A stretch of 64,000 nucleotides of DNA from a virus. The stretch lies in IMG/VR virus record IMGVR_UViG_3300030419_007436, positions 96,001 to 160,000 of that record. One strand, written 5' to 3'. This document shows positions 50,437 through 60,869 of this stretch, piece by piece. The notes under the pieces were generated by a model. The model had not been told where the DNA came from. It saw only the letters and a list, made by a program, of their open reading frames with translations, and made no database searches. Every line of letters starts with the position of its first letter. Within the stretch, counting starts at the first letter, position 1. The position numbers were made by a program, and so were the translations under genes.

Positions 50437-51318
50437 CTAATTCCCCAATACTTTCTTGCTTGCGGCGCCAGACACTTTAGCGATGGCGCCCGTCGACGAA
50501 TTCGCCTTTTCAGTGGGCGTTTTGGGTGCTGTAGCCGGTTTCTCTACAGCCTCCCCTTTTGCAGCAGCTTGCTGGGCGTTTCCTGTTACACCCCCGCCGC
50601 TTCCATTGGCGCTTCCTGGTTTGGTGGCGTGCGCATCAAAGTTGCCTGCATTATAAGGAAAGTTAGAGCCGTAACCTCCAGGGCTGAAAGCACTGTCATA
50701 CCAGCCAACTAATTTATCATGAATAACTTGAAATTGAAAGCTCACTTTAATTTCCCTGGGGACAACTCTGTATCTCGGCTCCCCAGCTTTTCCCATTTTC
50801 TTTTTCAAAGGGGCCATGGCCGCGTTTCTAGGAATTTCACCTAACTCGTGTGAAAAATTTTCTATCACGCCAGTTAAACCACCTTCGCTGCCCAATATTT
50901 CTCCTGTGGGTTCAAAACTGCCCACGTAGTTGCCATAAGTTATTTTAAAAAATGGAGGTGACTTTAAAATTGCAAGCGGTGTATGTTGATTGGCGGCAAC
51001 ATTTTGATAAGCTGGGTATAAAAGCTGTGTTAAAAGATTAAGGTTTCGTATGTTATTAACAACGCCGAGTGGGCCATCTAACATATGGTGCGCTTGGCAT
51101 GAAAATTGTATACTCATAGTTCTCGACGTATTCTGGTAAGTGAGAATGGGATCCATACGTCCATACACAGCCTCGGAGTTATAATGTGGAGAAAAATTTT
51201 GGCTCATTTGAAGATTTTCAACCGGTATCGCAATTGGAGGTAAATCGACGTGAAGTGCTTCAAACCAAAACATCTTGTAAGATGCTTGCCGACCACTAAC
51301 CTGTTGTTTAAAAGTCAT
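50437..51318 (-). CDS. Baseplate tail-tube initiator-like protein
   Basis: YGRMDPI..YQNTSR, LLYP.Y, PPF.KITYGN; follows the tape measure. Confidence 0.65.
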   Translation of the reverse strand: MTFKQQVSGRQASYKMFWFEALHVDLPPIAIPVENLQMSQNFSPHYNSEAVYGRMDPILTYQNTSRTMSIQFSCQAHHMLDGPLGVVNNIRNLNLLTQLLYPAYQNVAANQHTPLAILKSPPFFKITYGNYVGSFEPTGEILGSEGGLTGVIENFSHELGEIPRNAAMAPLKKKMGKAGEPRYRVVPREIKVSFQFQVIHDKLVGWYDSAFSPGGYGSNFPYNAGNFDAHATKPGSANGSGGGVTGNAQQAAAKGEAVEKPATAPKTPTEKANSSTGAIAKVSGAASKKVLGN

Positions 51319-51339
51319 TTATCTTCTCCTTAACTCTCA

Positions 51340-53544
51340 TTAGCTCGGTACAACCGCATTTGCCGGATTGGATGCTTGCAAAGCAGCGGAAACTTGCTTG
51401 CCATTTAAGAGGAACGTAAACCTTGCGCCTTGCAGCCCCTTAACAACTGCGTTGGCAACCAATTCCGCGTTGTTATTGTTGGCTTTTGCTTGATCATTTT
51501 TGTCTTTTTTCGTTTTGGTTTTATCGTCGCGGCGTTCAATAGGGGGCGCGACTCCGGCCTTTTCAAATTCCTCGCGCATCGATGGGGGCGCCTTTACTTT
51601 GCTCTTGTACCTCCGATTCATTTCATTCAGTTTCTCTTTATCCCCGAGCATTTCATCCAATTTCATATCTGCCACTACTGCGGGTATGAATCCAATGGTT
51701 TTTGCCGCCAAAAGAAATTTTCCACCGTCCTTAACTAATTCGCCCCACCTTCCAGAAGCAATTGCATCATTTAACTTCCGCAGTTTTTCATTAGCATGCT
51801 CAAGTCCCGTGACAAGAATGGGCCCAATTACCTTTTTCAATTGTACTCCCATATTTTGAATTGTTTTTGAAACATTGCGGGCGCCCGTGTCAATAGTATT
51901 AAAGGCACCTTCAACAGTCACTGCAGCATTTGCCGACTCTGTAATTTGTTTTTGAAAAGAGGTTGCATTTTTTGCTGCCCCTTTTGCCATATTATCGTAT
52001 TCTACTTTGCCTTCTTTCATTCTTGTTAGTGTTTCTTCAATATCCTCTGGGCTAGCCATAAAGAGTCTGGCAGTTTTCTCCACATCAAGGCCAACCTGAT
52101 CGGCAATTGCCTTTTTGGTAAATCGATCCAATTGATCAAAAGATTTGCCGCTCTTTAAGACTGAATCTCTAAGCATCTCGACCCTTTCCGCCTCATTCGC
52201 GTTAACCAAATCGAGAGTATTAAGATAGGGGCCACCAAGCATAGCATTTAATTCACCAACAGAATCGGCAGCTTGGCCCATATCATCAAACTTGGCTGTC
52301 ATGCCCAACAATTCTTCGGTTTTAACGCCAGTCACAGCTGCGACTGCGGCTAGCTTTGTGAATTGTCTTGTGGCGCTTTTCAGCCCATATGCCGCCAACG
52401 AACTCATGGCGTTATTCAGGTCTTTTCCTATTTGATCAGGAAGTTGTCCCGTGCCGCGAGCAACTTGCAGTATCACCTGTCCAAATTTCTTGAACTTTTT
52501 CTCGATGTCATCCTTCTTATAAGTTTTGGCTATAGTTTCCAAGGCCCCTGCCATGGTGTCAATGTTTAGCCCCGCTGCTTTAAACTTCAAAGACATATCC
52601 GCTATAACGTCTGCTTGGGCCCGAGTTTTAGGAGTGTTCTTTGCCATTAAAGTGCCGAAGGCGCGCGAGGTTGTAAATAAATTTTGATATCCTTCAACAA
52701 TATCTTGAACTCCAAATCCTAAATCTCGATTTGCTCTATGCAGCTGTATTATTCTTTCTGAAAAAGTAGCTACCCCTTTAATGTTCTTTCGCACTGCAGC
52801 GTCACCGTCTTCATAATGGCCGATCAGTCTTGTGAAACTATTAACTTGTTCATCAATTAGTTTTATCTGATCATAACCTTGTTGGGCCAATTGGCCGCCG
52901 AAACCTAACGCAGCTGCAGCCGCGGCCGCGTTCGTGGCAAAACCGCCCCCAGCTGCTCCGGTGGGCTTGTCTTTATCGGGGAGAATATTTTTCTTCGTGC
53001 TTGATTTGGTCTTTGTAGGCGATGGACTCGCAGTTACCATTTGTGCTGCAGCCCGCTGAAGGGCTCCTGCCAGCCCACCGGCTCCACCACTGGGTGCACC
53101 GGACGTTTTTTTACCAGCAGAATTTAATTTTGCAGCTACGCTTTTATTTTGTCTGTCTGTTACTTTTTCTTGTTTAATTAATAGTTTTAGTTTTTCTTTA
53201 GCTGCAGCCAAAGCTTGTTCCGTGGCCTTGGCTTGTTGACTACTGGCGTCTCCCTGTTGTTTTTGTAGGGCCTGAAGGGTTGACAGAAGTGGAATGAGGG
53301 CTTTTGTCGTTTCTAATTCTTGATTTTTGTTATCAAGAAGTTTGCCATATGTATCAGTCATGGCCTTTTGAATAGCCTCGAACTCATCAACACCAGCTTT
53401 TAAATTTTTAAAGAATGATTTAGCAGCTTGATCAGCTTGATTTGCCTTAGATAAAACCTGATCAAGGGCTGTCTCAAACGCATCGAGGTCGGCACCGGTT
53501 AAGCTTTCTATTAGATCTTTAATTTTGCTTGGAATATCTGCCAA
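51340..53544 (-). CDS. Tape measure protein
   Basis: Long helical Ala/Gly/Lys-rich ORF at the canonical position; TTG start. Confidence 0.8.
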   Translation of the reverse strand: MADIPSKIKDLIESLTGADLDAFETALDQVLSKANQADQAAKSFFKNLKAGVDEFEAIQKAMTDTYGKLLDNKNQELETTKALIPLLSTLQALQKQQGDASSQQAKATEQALAAAKEKLKLLIKQEKVTDRQNKSVAAKLNSAGKKTSGAPSGGAGGLAGALQRAAAQMVTASPSPTKTKSSTKKNILPDKDKPTGAAGGGFATNAAAAAAALGFGGQLAQQGYDQIKLIDEQVNSFTRLIGHYEDGDAAVRKNIKGVATFSERIIQLHRANRDLGFGVQDIVEGYQNLFTTSRAFGTLMAKNTPKTRAQADVIADMSLKFKAAGLNIDTMAGALETIAKTYKKDDIEKKFKKFGQVILQVARGTGQLPDQIGKDLNNAMSSLAAYGLKSATRQFTKLAAVAAVTGVKTEELLGMTAKFDDMGQAADSVGELNAMLGGPYLNTLDLVNANEAERVEMLRDSVLKSGKSFDQLDRFTKKAIADQVGLDVEKTARLFMASPEDIEETLTRMKEGKVEYDNMAKGAAKNATSFQKQITESANAAVTVEGAFNTIDTGARNVSKTIQNMGVQLKKVIGPILVTGLEHANEKLRKLNDAIASGRWGELVKDGGKFLLAAKTIGFIPAVVADMKLDEMLGDKEKLNEMNRRYKSKVKAPPSMREEFEKAGVAPPIERRDDKTKTKKDKNDQAKANNNNAELVANAVVKGLQGARFTFLLNGKQVSAALQASNPANAVVPS

Positions 53545-53583
53545 CGGAAATAGCCCTCTTTATTAAATGGTATTTTACTCTTA

Positions 53584-53591
53584 TAAATAGT
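53584..53591 (-). promoter_or_regulatory. Putative late promoter motif
   Basis: ACTATTTA upstream of tape measure. Confidence 0.6.
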
Positions 53592-53620
53592 TAAAAGGAG
53601 AGTTTTTAACTTGATCGAAG

Positions 53621-53803
53621 TTATTTGTATGCTTCTCTTTCCGCCTCTTTTTGATCCATCAGTTTTTGAAAAAACCAACCTCGGAGACCAACAGGAAGAT
53701 TATAAAGTTCTACCAACGACCAGTTACCATAATATTTCATATAAAAAAACTGTTCATATACAGACTCTGTATACTCATGACTTAGGCCAAAAAAAGTCAG
53801 CAC
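53621..53803 (-). CDS. gp51-like baseplate/tail assembly catalyst
   Basis: FFYMKYYGNWSLVELYNLPVGLRGWF. Confidence 0.65.
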   Translation of the reverse strand: MLTFFGLSHEYTESVYEQFFYMKYYGNWSLVELYNLPVGLRGWFFQKLMDQKEAEREAYK

Positions 53804-54632
53804 TGAGGGGAACCTCCAAGGTCCCCTCGTGGTCGCAGTTGGTGCATTGAAAGGTGTGTTTTAAATCTATAGTGGGTACGAGCCCGTCATAAATTTTTCT
53901 TAAGTAGCGTCCGTGCAGTGCGGGTAGATTATTAATAAAACCGTTTAAAGAGTTCATATCGCTGATACCATTAACACTTATAATAATAGCTCTCAAAAAG
54001 TCTGTTACGGCTGTCTGGGGGAGGTTTCTTTTTTTCTTGTGTTCCTCTATTTTGGTAAGACTGTTTTCATCATGGCCCGTGAGTAGCCTCACCTCTACAA
54101 CATAATCTGTTTTTGGGAGAGATATTAAAAAAGTATTTTGATCAGTTGTCTGAACATTGTTTTCTTCCAAATACTCGTCCGAAGCGCTTTGGACCCCCAG
54201 CGCGGTAAGATCAAAGCCGTAGTCTTGTTCTGTGTTGCAATCGGGACATGTCACGACTGTTTCATAAATGGCACCATATCCGTGAGATCGCGCTGCGATA
54301 AGTAGGGCATTTTTATCCCCTAATAGAAGATCATCCACTTTAATTTGTTTGTCGACAATGATGCTCTCTAATAGTCTCTGAATAGCGAGGCCGCTTTGCA
54401 ACAATGCAGTAGAAGTAAGAATGTCTTCTTCTTTGGTTGTCATATGTTTTACCTCAAGTACACTTTTATTGTGCAGTGGGTGCCCCGGTACATAATATTT
54501 TCCTTGACTTGGAAGTTCCACAAATTCTGTGGGAGATATAAAGTTTAATGGAGGAGGAGAGACCTCCTGTGGTGGTGTGTTAGGGACGTCCGGTACCATC
54601 CCAAGTCTGTCTTCGTTAGATCTTGAATTCAT
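53775..54632 (-). CDS. gp26-like baseplate hub assembly/tail chaperone
   Basis: PTEFVELPSQG, MTTKEEDIL, CPDC, CTNC, FFWP. Confidence 0.8.
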   Translation of the reverse strand: MNSRSNEDRLGMVPDVPNTPPQEVSPPPLNFISPTEFVELPSQGKYYVPGHPLHNKSVLEVKHMTTKEEDILTSTALLQSGLAIQRLLESIIVDKQIKVDDLLLGDKNALLIAARSHGYGAIYETVVTCPDCNTEQDYGFDLTALGVQSASDEYLEENNVQTTDQNTFLISLPKTDYVVEVRLLTGHDENSLTKIEEHKKKRNLPQTAVTDFLRAIIISVNGISDMNSLNGFINNLPALHGRYLRKIYDGLVPTIDLKHTFQCTNCDHEGTLEVPLSADFFWPKS

Positions 54633-54686
54633 AAAAAACCTCTTTTTCTATATTATATTATTTGTATATCAAAATTTTAATCAAAA

Positions 54687-55499
54687 TTATCCAGTTTTTA
54701 TATCAGATGTGCTGTTTATTTTTGGATTAAATTGTGTATTCTTTGGTACGCCAAGCCAGCCGCCGAGGCCACCTGACCACCAATCGTGAGCTTTTGTTAG
54801 TTTATCAGTCCAGTCGGTACCTACATTTTTCTCTATTGAATCAACCCTGCTTGTGAGTTGTCTCTGGCCCCAATTCTGGTCATAATAAAAATTCTTATAA
54901 CTAAAAGTCAAATCAATAGTTGCAAACTGATTTCCATCATAATCAACATCAGAAAACTCAACCGAAGTAAGAAGAGGGTACCATATTTCCCATGCTCCGT
55001 GTTCTTCCCCTTTGTGGTTTATTTCTAATATATAGAACAAACGAGGGTAAGCGCGATATGTACCTATTAGCTTATTATAAAGAGGTGACGGCTTGTTGCC
55101 CTCTTCGGTGGAAGCCGCTTCATGCTCGAATTTCATTGTTTTCTGAGTCATGGCTAGGGATGCATTAATTGCAGCGGCTGTATCGGCGCCTGATCGGTGG
55201 CCACCAACATCTACTAGTGTCACTCTAAGATCTTTTGTAGTAAATCCCTGGTCTGGATAATCAACTTTCGCAAAGTCACCAGATCTCAATTGATATTCTG
55301 AAGTTGTGGTACCAATCTCTGTATATCCGGGCCGACTGAAACTTTTAACTAAATAAGGTTGTAGTGCTGAGTTTCCTTCCCCTCCAAAGATGGCATCAGG
55401 GAAAATTAAAAGCGCTTCTGCAACACGTTTTGGTCTTGATTGAGAATTCGACCAAAATTGAAAAGATTTCGGTGAGAAGAGTGTCCATCCGAGCTTCAT
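54687..55499 (-). CDS. Second tail-tube-like protein
   Basis: VKSFSRPG...VTLVD...SVEFSDVDY...IDLTFSY parallels the tube protein. Confidence 0.6.
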   Translation of the reverse strand: MKLGWTLFSPKSFQFWSNSQSRPKRVAEALLIFPDAIFGGEGNSALQPYLVKSFSRPGYTEIGTTTSEYQLRSGDFAKVDYPDQGFTTKDLRVTLVDVGGHRSGADTAAAINASLAMTQKTMKFEHEAASTEEGNKPSPLYNKLIGTYRAYPRLFYILEINHKGEEHGAWEIWYPLLTSVEFSDVDYDGNQFATIDLTFSYKNFYYDQNWGQRQLTSRVDSIEKNVGTDWTDKLTKAHDWWSGGLGGWLGVPKNTQFNPKINSTSDIKTG

Positions 55500-55528
55500 G
55501 TAATCAAATTCTCCTTAGTATAGTTAAG

Positions 55529-56143
55529 CTACCCGCCAACCATTCCAAGTTCTTTTTGATAATTAGAAATGACACCAGCCTGATTTTGGCCGTTAACCAT
55601 AATCTCTTGGGCTGGCTCGCCCGGGCCTTGCGGTGCACCTTCATATTCAGCCCAATCGTACCTAAAAGTCATTGAAATATTTAGCATATTTTCGTCTTCA
55701 TAACTAAGGGAACCAAAATTAGCCGCCTCAATCCATGCATTTCTCAAAGTCCACTTTTCGATTGCATTTCCTCTTCCATCTAATTGCTGAATCTGGGGGG
55801 CCCCAAGGGCGGCGACCGCATCGGCTTTACTAAAAGATCGTTCAGCATCACCTTGTGTGCCTGGAAGTGCATATCCAGAAGCCTGTAATACTTTAGCAAT
55901 TACTGCAGATGCATCTGGAAATACAGGATCTACAAGTGTAACCTCTATTTCAGACCAAGTTATTCTGCCGGGATAATAAAAAGTGTGCGACACAAATTGG
56001 TGCGCAATGTTGCTCACAGTAAAAGAGGGCTTTGCCGCAGTTTTAATCACATACGTTGGAATTTGATTCAATACCAAAATCCATCGGAAACTTCTTTTTG
56101 GATCTACAGTTGTTGAACTCCAAAACTGATCTTTTTTAACCAT
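55529..56143 (-). CDS. Tail tube protein (gp19-like)
   Basis: KRSFRWIL, KPSF, YPGRITW...TLVDP, WTL..AW...FG.LSY, T.RYDWA. Confidence 0.85.
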   Translation of the reverse strand: MVKKDQFWSSTTVDPKRSFRWILVLNQIPTYVIKTAAKPSFTVSNIAHQFVSHTFYYPGRITWSEIEVTLVDPVFPDASAVIAKVLQASGYALPGTQGDAERSFSKADAVAALGAPQIQQLDGRGNAIEKWTLRNAWIEAANFGSLSYEDENMLNISMTFRYDWAEYEGAPQGPGEPAQEIMVNGQNQAGVISNYQKELGMVGG

Positions 56144-56171
56144 TTATTTTAGTTCTCCTATTCTCTATTAT

Positions 56172-56179
56172 TAAATAGA
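56172..56179 (-). promoter_or_regulatory. Putative late promoter motif
   Basis: TCTATTTA upstream of the tube gene. Confidence 0.5.
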
Positions 56180-56193
56180 GTTAAATTAAATTT

Positions 56194-59100
56194 TTAATCC
56201 TCAAAAGATGCACCCGAATCCGTAATAATAAAATCAATCGCAATATATTCAATTGCACGTGCAGGTTTAACAAATATTTTTGCATATAAAATGTTTCTGT
56301 CAATGAGGTCCGGAGTTGTGGTAGTCTCATCCAAAACAACCTTGTAATCCGTAACACCTAAGCCTGCTTTTACATCTGCCAAGAAGGGTTCAACCTTAGA
56401 TTTAAAGCGTGCCCATGTGACTTTAACATTTTGATCGAATAATATTGTCGCAGCAAATCTAGAAATTTGTTTTTTCAAGAATATTGCCAATCTGCGCACA
56501 TTGATTCTATCTAAAGCCGACTGCGAAACTTGCATAGTTTTTTGACCGAAGATAACGATACCCTCTGCCGGGAAAGATGCAATCGGATTAATTTGATTTT
56601 CATAAAGCCTATCCCGCTGTTTCACTGTAAGTTTTTCTTCCACACCCACAACTGGAATTCCACCAGCTTGATTTACGCTTAAACCGCCTCTTGTGAAGCC
56701 TGCAGGCGCAAACCAAAGTTGAGAATTTGCCTCTCCATATCCCATAGCACCGAGAGCAACAACTGAAGGCGGCACCCATAATGTCGCTCCATTTACGGTG
56801 TCTCTTACTTGTACCCACGGATAATAAGCGCATGCATAGCTGCTGTTAACTTGAAGAGTGTTATCTTTGTTATCAATTACAGTCTCTACATCGCCTTTTC
56901 TGTCGGCGCGTGAATTACCATTTTCATGTGCTGGTGTGTAACCGCCTTTTAAGTCAAGGATTGCGAGGGCGTCGCCGCGGCGCTCACAAGTATCAACAAT
57001 TTTAGTAGAAAGAGACGCATCAGTTAAACCAGGCATTGTCAATAAATTGTATTCAACAACTTCAGGATCCCGAAGTGAATCAATGGCGACGGCAACAGAG
57101 TTCCAGGAAGCCAAAGACGCTGCCTTTCCTCCGGCGACGACGGCGGATGCATTACCCAAATCAGTATTATTAAAGAAATCACTTTCGGTAATATTGAGGC
57201 CATCACTTCCGCCATGGAGACAAGTAGTAAACTGATTCCAGCCTGCTGTAGAACGCCCATAACTATTACCAGGATTAATAACATTCTGATAACTTCCAGA
57301 CGCTGGTCCTTTTTTAACACCAGTTGCTGATAGTTGTCCCGATGCAGTATGGGCCGTATAAGAATATCCGCCAGCGCGAGAGCCAGATTCATAAACCGCC
57401 TGGGTGCCGTACCCATCATTGTCATGCTGACTTGTGATATTTACATTTCTCACATCATCTAAAGAAAAGACCCATGAGGCTTCTGTAACATCCGTAACTG
57501 CTGACCAACTCTCAATGTCCTGTGCCTTAGTGCGAAGTACATCATAAACACTAGCATCAAATCTCTCAGAATTATAAGTTGTATCAACACCAAAGTAAGC
57601 ATCTTTTGGATCATTCAGGGCGCCCTCAGAAGATTTCTTTCGTAGGCGGAGCGCTGGGAATTTAAATCGTGCGTTTACCATAGTGCCAGTAGGTCCACCG
57701 CCGCCATCGTAGCCGCCGCTGAGCCAAGTACTTCCCGTGTGGAAAGTGCCTTGATCTGGGACAGCTATTGGACTAACGCTTCCCGACTCCACGAAGGCGC
57801 CTGTGCTGCTGGCCACACCACTGCTCCAGTTATAATCTGCCAAAATACCTTCTACGTGAGTGGTGCCTGACACTGCCATTCCCACATAACGAGGTGGCCC
57901 AAACACACCATAAGGCAAGTACTTAACATTTGTGCTACCCCGATCAACCGACGTGTTCATTTCAACATAGATATAATCGGACGCGTTATTAAACTCGCCA
58001 TATGTTCTATATCTTCTATCATTATCGTCCCATTGGGTGAATTTATTACCAATCTTTCGAGCAACATAATCATCAGACGCGGGATTCAAATTACAATTGT
58101 TAAATTGCTCCAAAACAACCGGGTCTGAATCCTTATCTTTAATATCTCTTATCAGGACATCAAATGATCCGTAAGGATTAACAGTGTCGAGGGGGCTCGC
58201 CGCTTTAATATTTTTAACACTAATTTTAATTTTGCGCTGTGTTTCTTCCCCCAGTTCTCTGGAACAAAACCGAAACAGCTTTTGCATCTGATCTGGGTTA
58301 TAGTTAGAAAATTCACTCGACATATCTTGTGAAATATACCAGCCGGTTTTTGCGAATTGTTTGCTTGGGCTTTTTGTGCTGCTCATCCTAAAGTCGCCAC
58401 CATCGTAGGTGGAACCATCCGGACTTGCTAGGCGCAAAATAACACCATAACAATCATTCGGACTAGAACCAGAAATGCCAGTGAGCGCTGCGCCCGAGCC
58501 GACGTCGCCATGCTCAAAACCTCTGCGTAGGTGTCCTTCAAAAGTTTCACCTAGGAAATAATTAAGTGTCGTGTCTCCGGAGGGAGTTAAGCTGCTGTTT
58601 GTTTGAATTGGGTTTGTGTTAAAAACCTTCCGAATAAATTTTGGAGAATCCGGGTCGAAATTAAACGCAGTATCTATAACAACATCACTAGTGTTTGCCT
58701 CATAAATTACAACCTTAAACGTTGGACCACCTTCAGCTGCCTCAATGAAGGCTCCGAGGGAGGCTGTATATTGCTGGGCGCCGCCGATCATGGAGCCTGC
58801 ACTACCAGTATTTGCGGGGGTACCAGAAAGAGCTATAGCACCATTATTTAAATACCAGACCGCAGCTAGCGTACCGGTGGCGGCATCTATCGTTGGCCAA
58901 CCATCTTGGTCACTCATCTTTGAGCCAGTTAAAATGTGTTTTCCTCCCTCTACAACAAAAAGACCATAGGCCCCGCCATTGGTGGTGAAAACATCAGTAC
59001 TTTCATGTTTTGAAGTCGCCCAACCGGCGTAGCCTTCGCCCTCGGTGGCTTGTGAATTTGTTTGTCCAAGTAATCTTACAACAGTAACAGGAGAATTGTT

Positions 59101-59376
59101 TCTGAGCCAAGCCTGGGCTGCATATGCAGCGTATGTAGGCGCAGTATAATTCCCGTATCTGAAGACGTCACCGCCTTTTCCTCCCGGGGTTGGGTTCCCA
59201 AAAACGTTAATAAATTCTTCAAATGAATCAACCTGTATAGGTTTAAGGGCTGGACCCTGTGTTGTTCTACCGATTATTGCAGGTCCTATTCCCGCAGGAA
59301 GTCTCGGGATCTGGGAGTTATCAATTTCATTGATAAAAACTCCCGGTGACATAAACTTAAATTTCTTGTAAGACAT
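56194..59376 (-). CDS. Tail sheath protein (gp18-like, 1060 aa)
   Basis: SPGVFINEID, WFAPAGFTRG, INPIA, FGQKT, RINVRRL, KPARAIEYI. Confidence 0.95.
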   Translation of the reverse strand: MSYKKFKFMSPGVFINEIDNSQIPRLPAGIGPAIIGRTTQGPALKPIQVDSFEEFINVFGNPTPGGKGGDVFRYGNYTAPTYAAYAAQAWLRNNSPVTVVRLLGQTNSQATEGEGYAGWATSKHESTDVFTTNGGAYGLFVVEGGKHILTGSKMSDQDGWPTIDAATGTLAAVWYLNNGAIALSGTPANTGSAGSMIGGAQQYTASLGAFIEAAEGGPTFKVVIYEANTSDVVIDTAFNFDPDSPKFIRKVFNTNPIQTNSSLTPSGDTTLNYFLGETFEGHLRRGFEHGDVGSGAALTGISGSSPNDCYGVILRLASPDGSTYDGGDFRMSSTKSPSKQFAKTGWYISQDMSSEFSNYNPDQMQKLFRFCSRELGEETQRKIKISVKNIKAASPLDTVNPYGSFDVLIRDIKDKDSDPVVLEQFNNCNLNPASDDYVARKIGNKFTQWDDNDRRYRTYGEFNNASDYIYVEMNTSVDRGSTNVKYLPYGVFGPPRYVGMAVSGTTHVEGILADYNWSSGVASSTGAFVESGSVSPIAVPDQGTFHTGSTWLSGGYDGGGGPTGTMVNARFKFPALRLRKKSSEGALNDPKDAYFGVDTTYNSERFDASVYDVLRTKAQDIESWSAVTDVTEASWVFSLDDVRNVNITSQHDNDGYGTQAVYESGSRAGGYSYTAHTASGQLSATGVKKGPASGSYQNVINPGNSYGRSTAGWNQFTTCLHGGSDGLNITESDFFNNTDLGNASAVVAGGKAASLASWNSVAVAIDSLRDPEVVEYNLLTMPGLTDASLSTKIVDTCERRGDALAILDLKGGYTPAHENGNSRADRKGDVETVIDNKDNTLQVNSSYACAYYPWVQVRDTVNGATLWVPPSVVALGAMGYGEANSQLWFAPAGFTRGGLSVNQAGGIPVVGVEEKLTVKQRDRLYENQINPIASFPAEGIVIFGQKTMQVSQSALDRINVRRLAIFLKKQISRFAATILFDQNVKVTWARFKSKVEPFLADVKAGLGVTDYKVVLDETTTTPDLIDRNILYAKIFVKPARAIEYIAIDFIITDSGASFED

Positions 59377-59416
59377 CTATTGTTCTCCTTCACGTGAGCA
59401 TCACTATTTCTCTTAG

Positions 59417-59424
59417 TAAATAGT
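59417..59424 (-). promoter_or_regulatory. Putative late promoter motif
   Basis: ACTATTTA upstream of the sheath gene. Confidence 0.6.
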
Positions 59425-59455
59425 AATAAAATAAGGCAAAAACCTTTTTATAATC

Positions 59456-60361
59456 TCAATCTCTATAAAATCCACTATTTGGGTCAAATTCTTGTTTATC
59501 GCCAAAAATAACTCTTTCGCGAGGGATTTTAACTTCAACCGCATTTTCACGTCGAATAATCTTAGGTCTTTCTTGATTTTTGCCCTCTCCAATTATATAT
59601 CCCAATACCTCAAAGGAAGCTTTTGTTTGAAATATTCTTTCTTCCTGGTCATATGAAGATAAATTGTTTTCTGGATTTAATTCTGATCTCAGAAAAGTTT
59701 CATAAGTGTGGCCGTCGCGCTCTATAAGAAAAGAGTTGATATGACCGCCTAGTGTTACAAAAGGTTGCAACATCTGGTTCATATGTTGTTGATAGTTTGC
59801 TTGTAGCGTAACAACATAATTAATTGTTACATAAACTGGCTGTGGTACGCTTAGGGTCTCAACAACAACCTTTTTATTCTTTTTTTCTACCAAGGGGTAG
59901 TACGATTGGCGACCCGGAGTTCTCCGTGCATTTTCAAACTTTTTTCTATTATCTGCAACGGCAAAATTATTTGTTTTATCTTCCACAATTCTCCGCGATA
60001 CAATAATGCGGCCGCCCCTGTTTGGGTCAGTCATTAATGGGGGCGCCCCGAAAAACTTACCTTTTTTACCTAAATCCTTTGAAACTGAAGTTTTTTCAAT
60101 ACTCACGATAGGATATATTAAAGTTCCGTCTAAATCAAACATTTCTTTATTGTTCTTGGAAAAAAAAGATCTTTCAGGGGAAGACCAGATTATAGGTACG
60201 CGGCGCCAGCCTTTGTTTGTTTCGGTTCGTATTTGCATTATATCATTCACAAAATCGTAAAACGCATAATCAATCGTTTCAAAATTGGACGGATTGATTA
60301 AGACTTCATCGTATATTTTATTTGTGTCTTCTAGATATTTTGAGTCAGAATCAGCTGGCAT
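59456..60361 (-). CDS. Tail sheath terminator-like protein (gp15 position)
   Basis: Between neck and sheath genes; VPII..SPER, P.PV...Y; start re-assigned to ATG 60361. Confidence 0.65.
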   Translation of the reverse strand: MPADSDSKYLEDTNKIYDEVLINPSNFETIDYAFYDFVNDIMQIRTETNKGWRRVPIIWSSPERSFFSKNNKEMFDLDGTLIYPIVSIEKTSVSKDLGKKGKFFGAPPLMTDPNRGGRIIVSRRIVEDKTNNFAVADNRKKFENARRTPGRQSYYPLVEKKNKKVVVETLSVPQPVYVTINYVVTLQANYQQHMNQMLQPFVTLGGHINSFLIERDGHTYETFLRSELNPENNLSSYDQEERIFQTKASFEVLGYIIGEGKNQERPKIIRRENAVEVKIPRERVIFGDKQEFDPNSGFYRD

Positions 60362-60863
60362 CAAATGTACCCTCCCTGGCCTTAACACACTTAGCCTGAG
60401 CTTCAAATATGCGCTCCCAGCCAGCCCAACCTTGGCCAAATATTTGCTTTGGATAATCTATAGTCATAATTTCGAAATAATCATTTCCATATAGAATAAA
60501 GTCACCCTCCCTTATGTATAAATCTTGATCTTCTGTTAGTCTTCTTCTGTGAAATTTAACATTTAACGAAAGTCTCTTATCAATACCCAAGCTAGAAACG
60601 GTGGTTGTATAACCTTCCCATTCTATAAGGGCATGGATTCTAACAGGAGGTAGAAAATTCTTTTTTATAGCTTCACCGTATAAAGGATGAAAATTGGTCG
60701 TTTGTACACTTATTGGGTAATAAATTATTTCCTGCCCGACGACCCTTTCAATTAATTCGTCATTGACTTGTTTTACTAAGTCGCGTTCTTTTTCGCCCAA
60801 AAATAAAGGAGGCGGTGGGGATTCAGGTTGAGACCACTTATTTTTATCGGTTGCTTCAGCCAC
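60351..60863 (-). CDS. Neck protein, gp14-like
   Basis: ELIERVVGQEIIYYP...PLYGEA; GTG start. Confidence 0.7.
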   Translation of the reverse strand: MAEATDKNKWSQPESPPPPLFLGEKERDLVKQVNDELIERVVGQEIIYYPISVQTTNFHPLYGEAIKKNFLPPVRIHALIEWEGYTTTVSSLGIDKRLSLNVKFHRRRLTEDQDLYIREGDFILYGNDYFEIMTIDYPKQIFGQGWAGWERIFEAQAKCVKAREGTFDAS

Positions 60864-60869
60864 TCTTCA

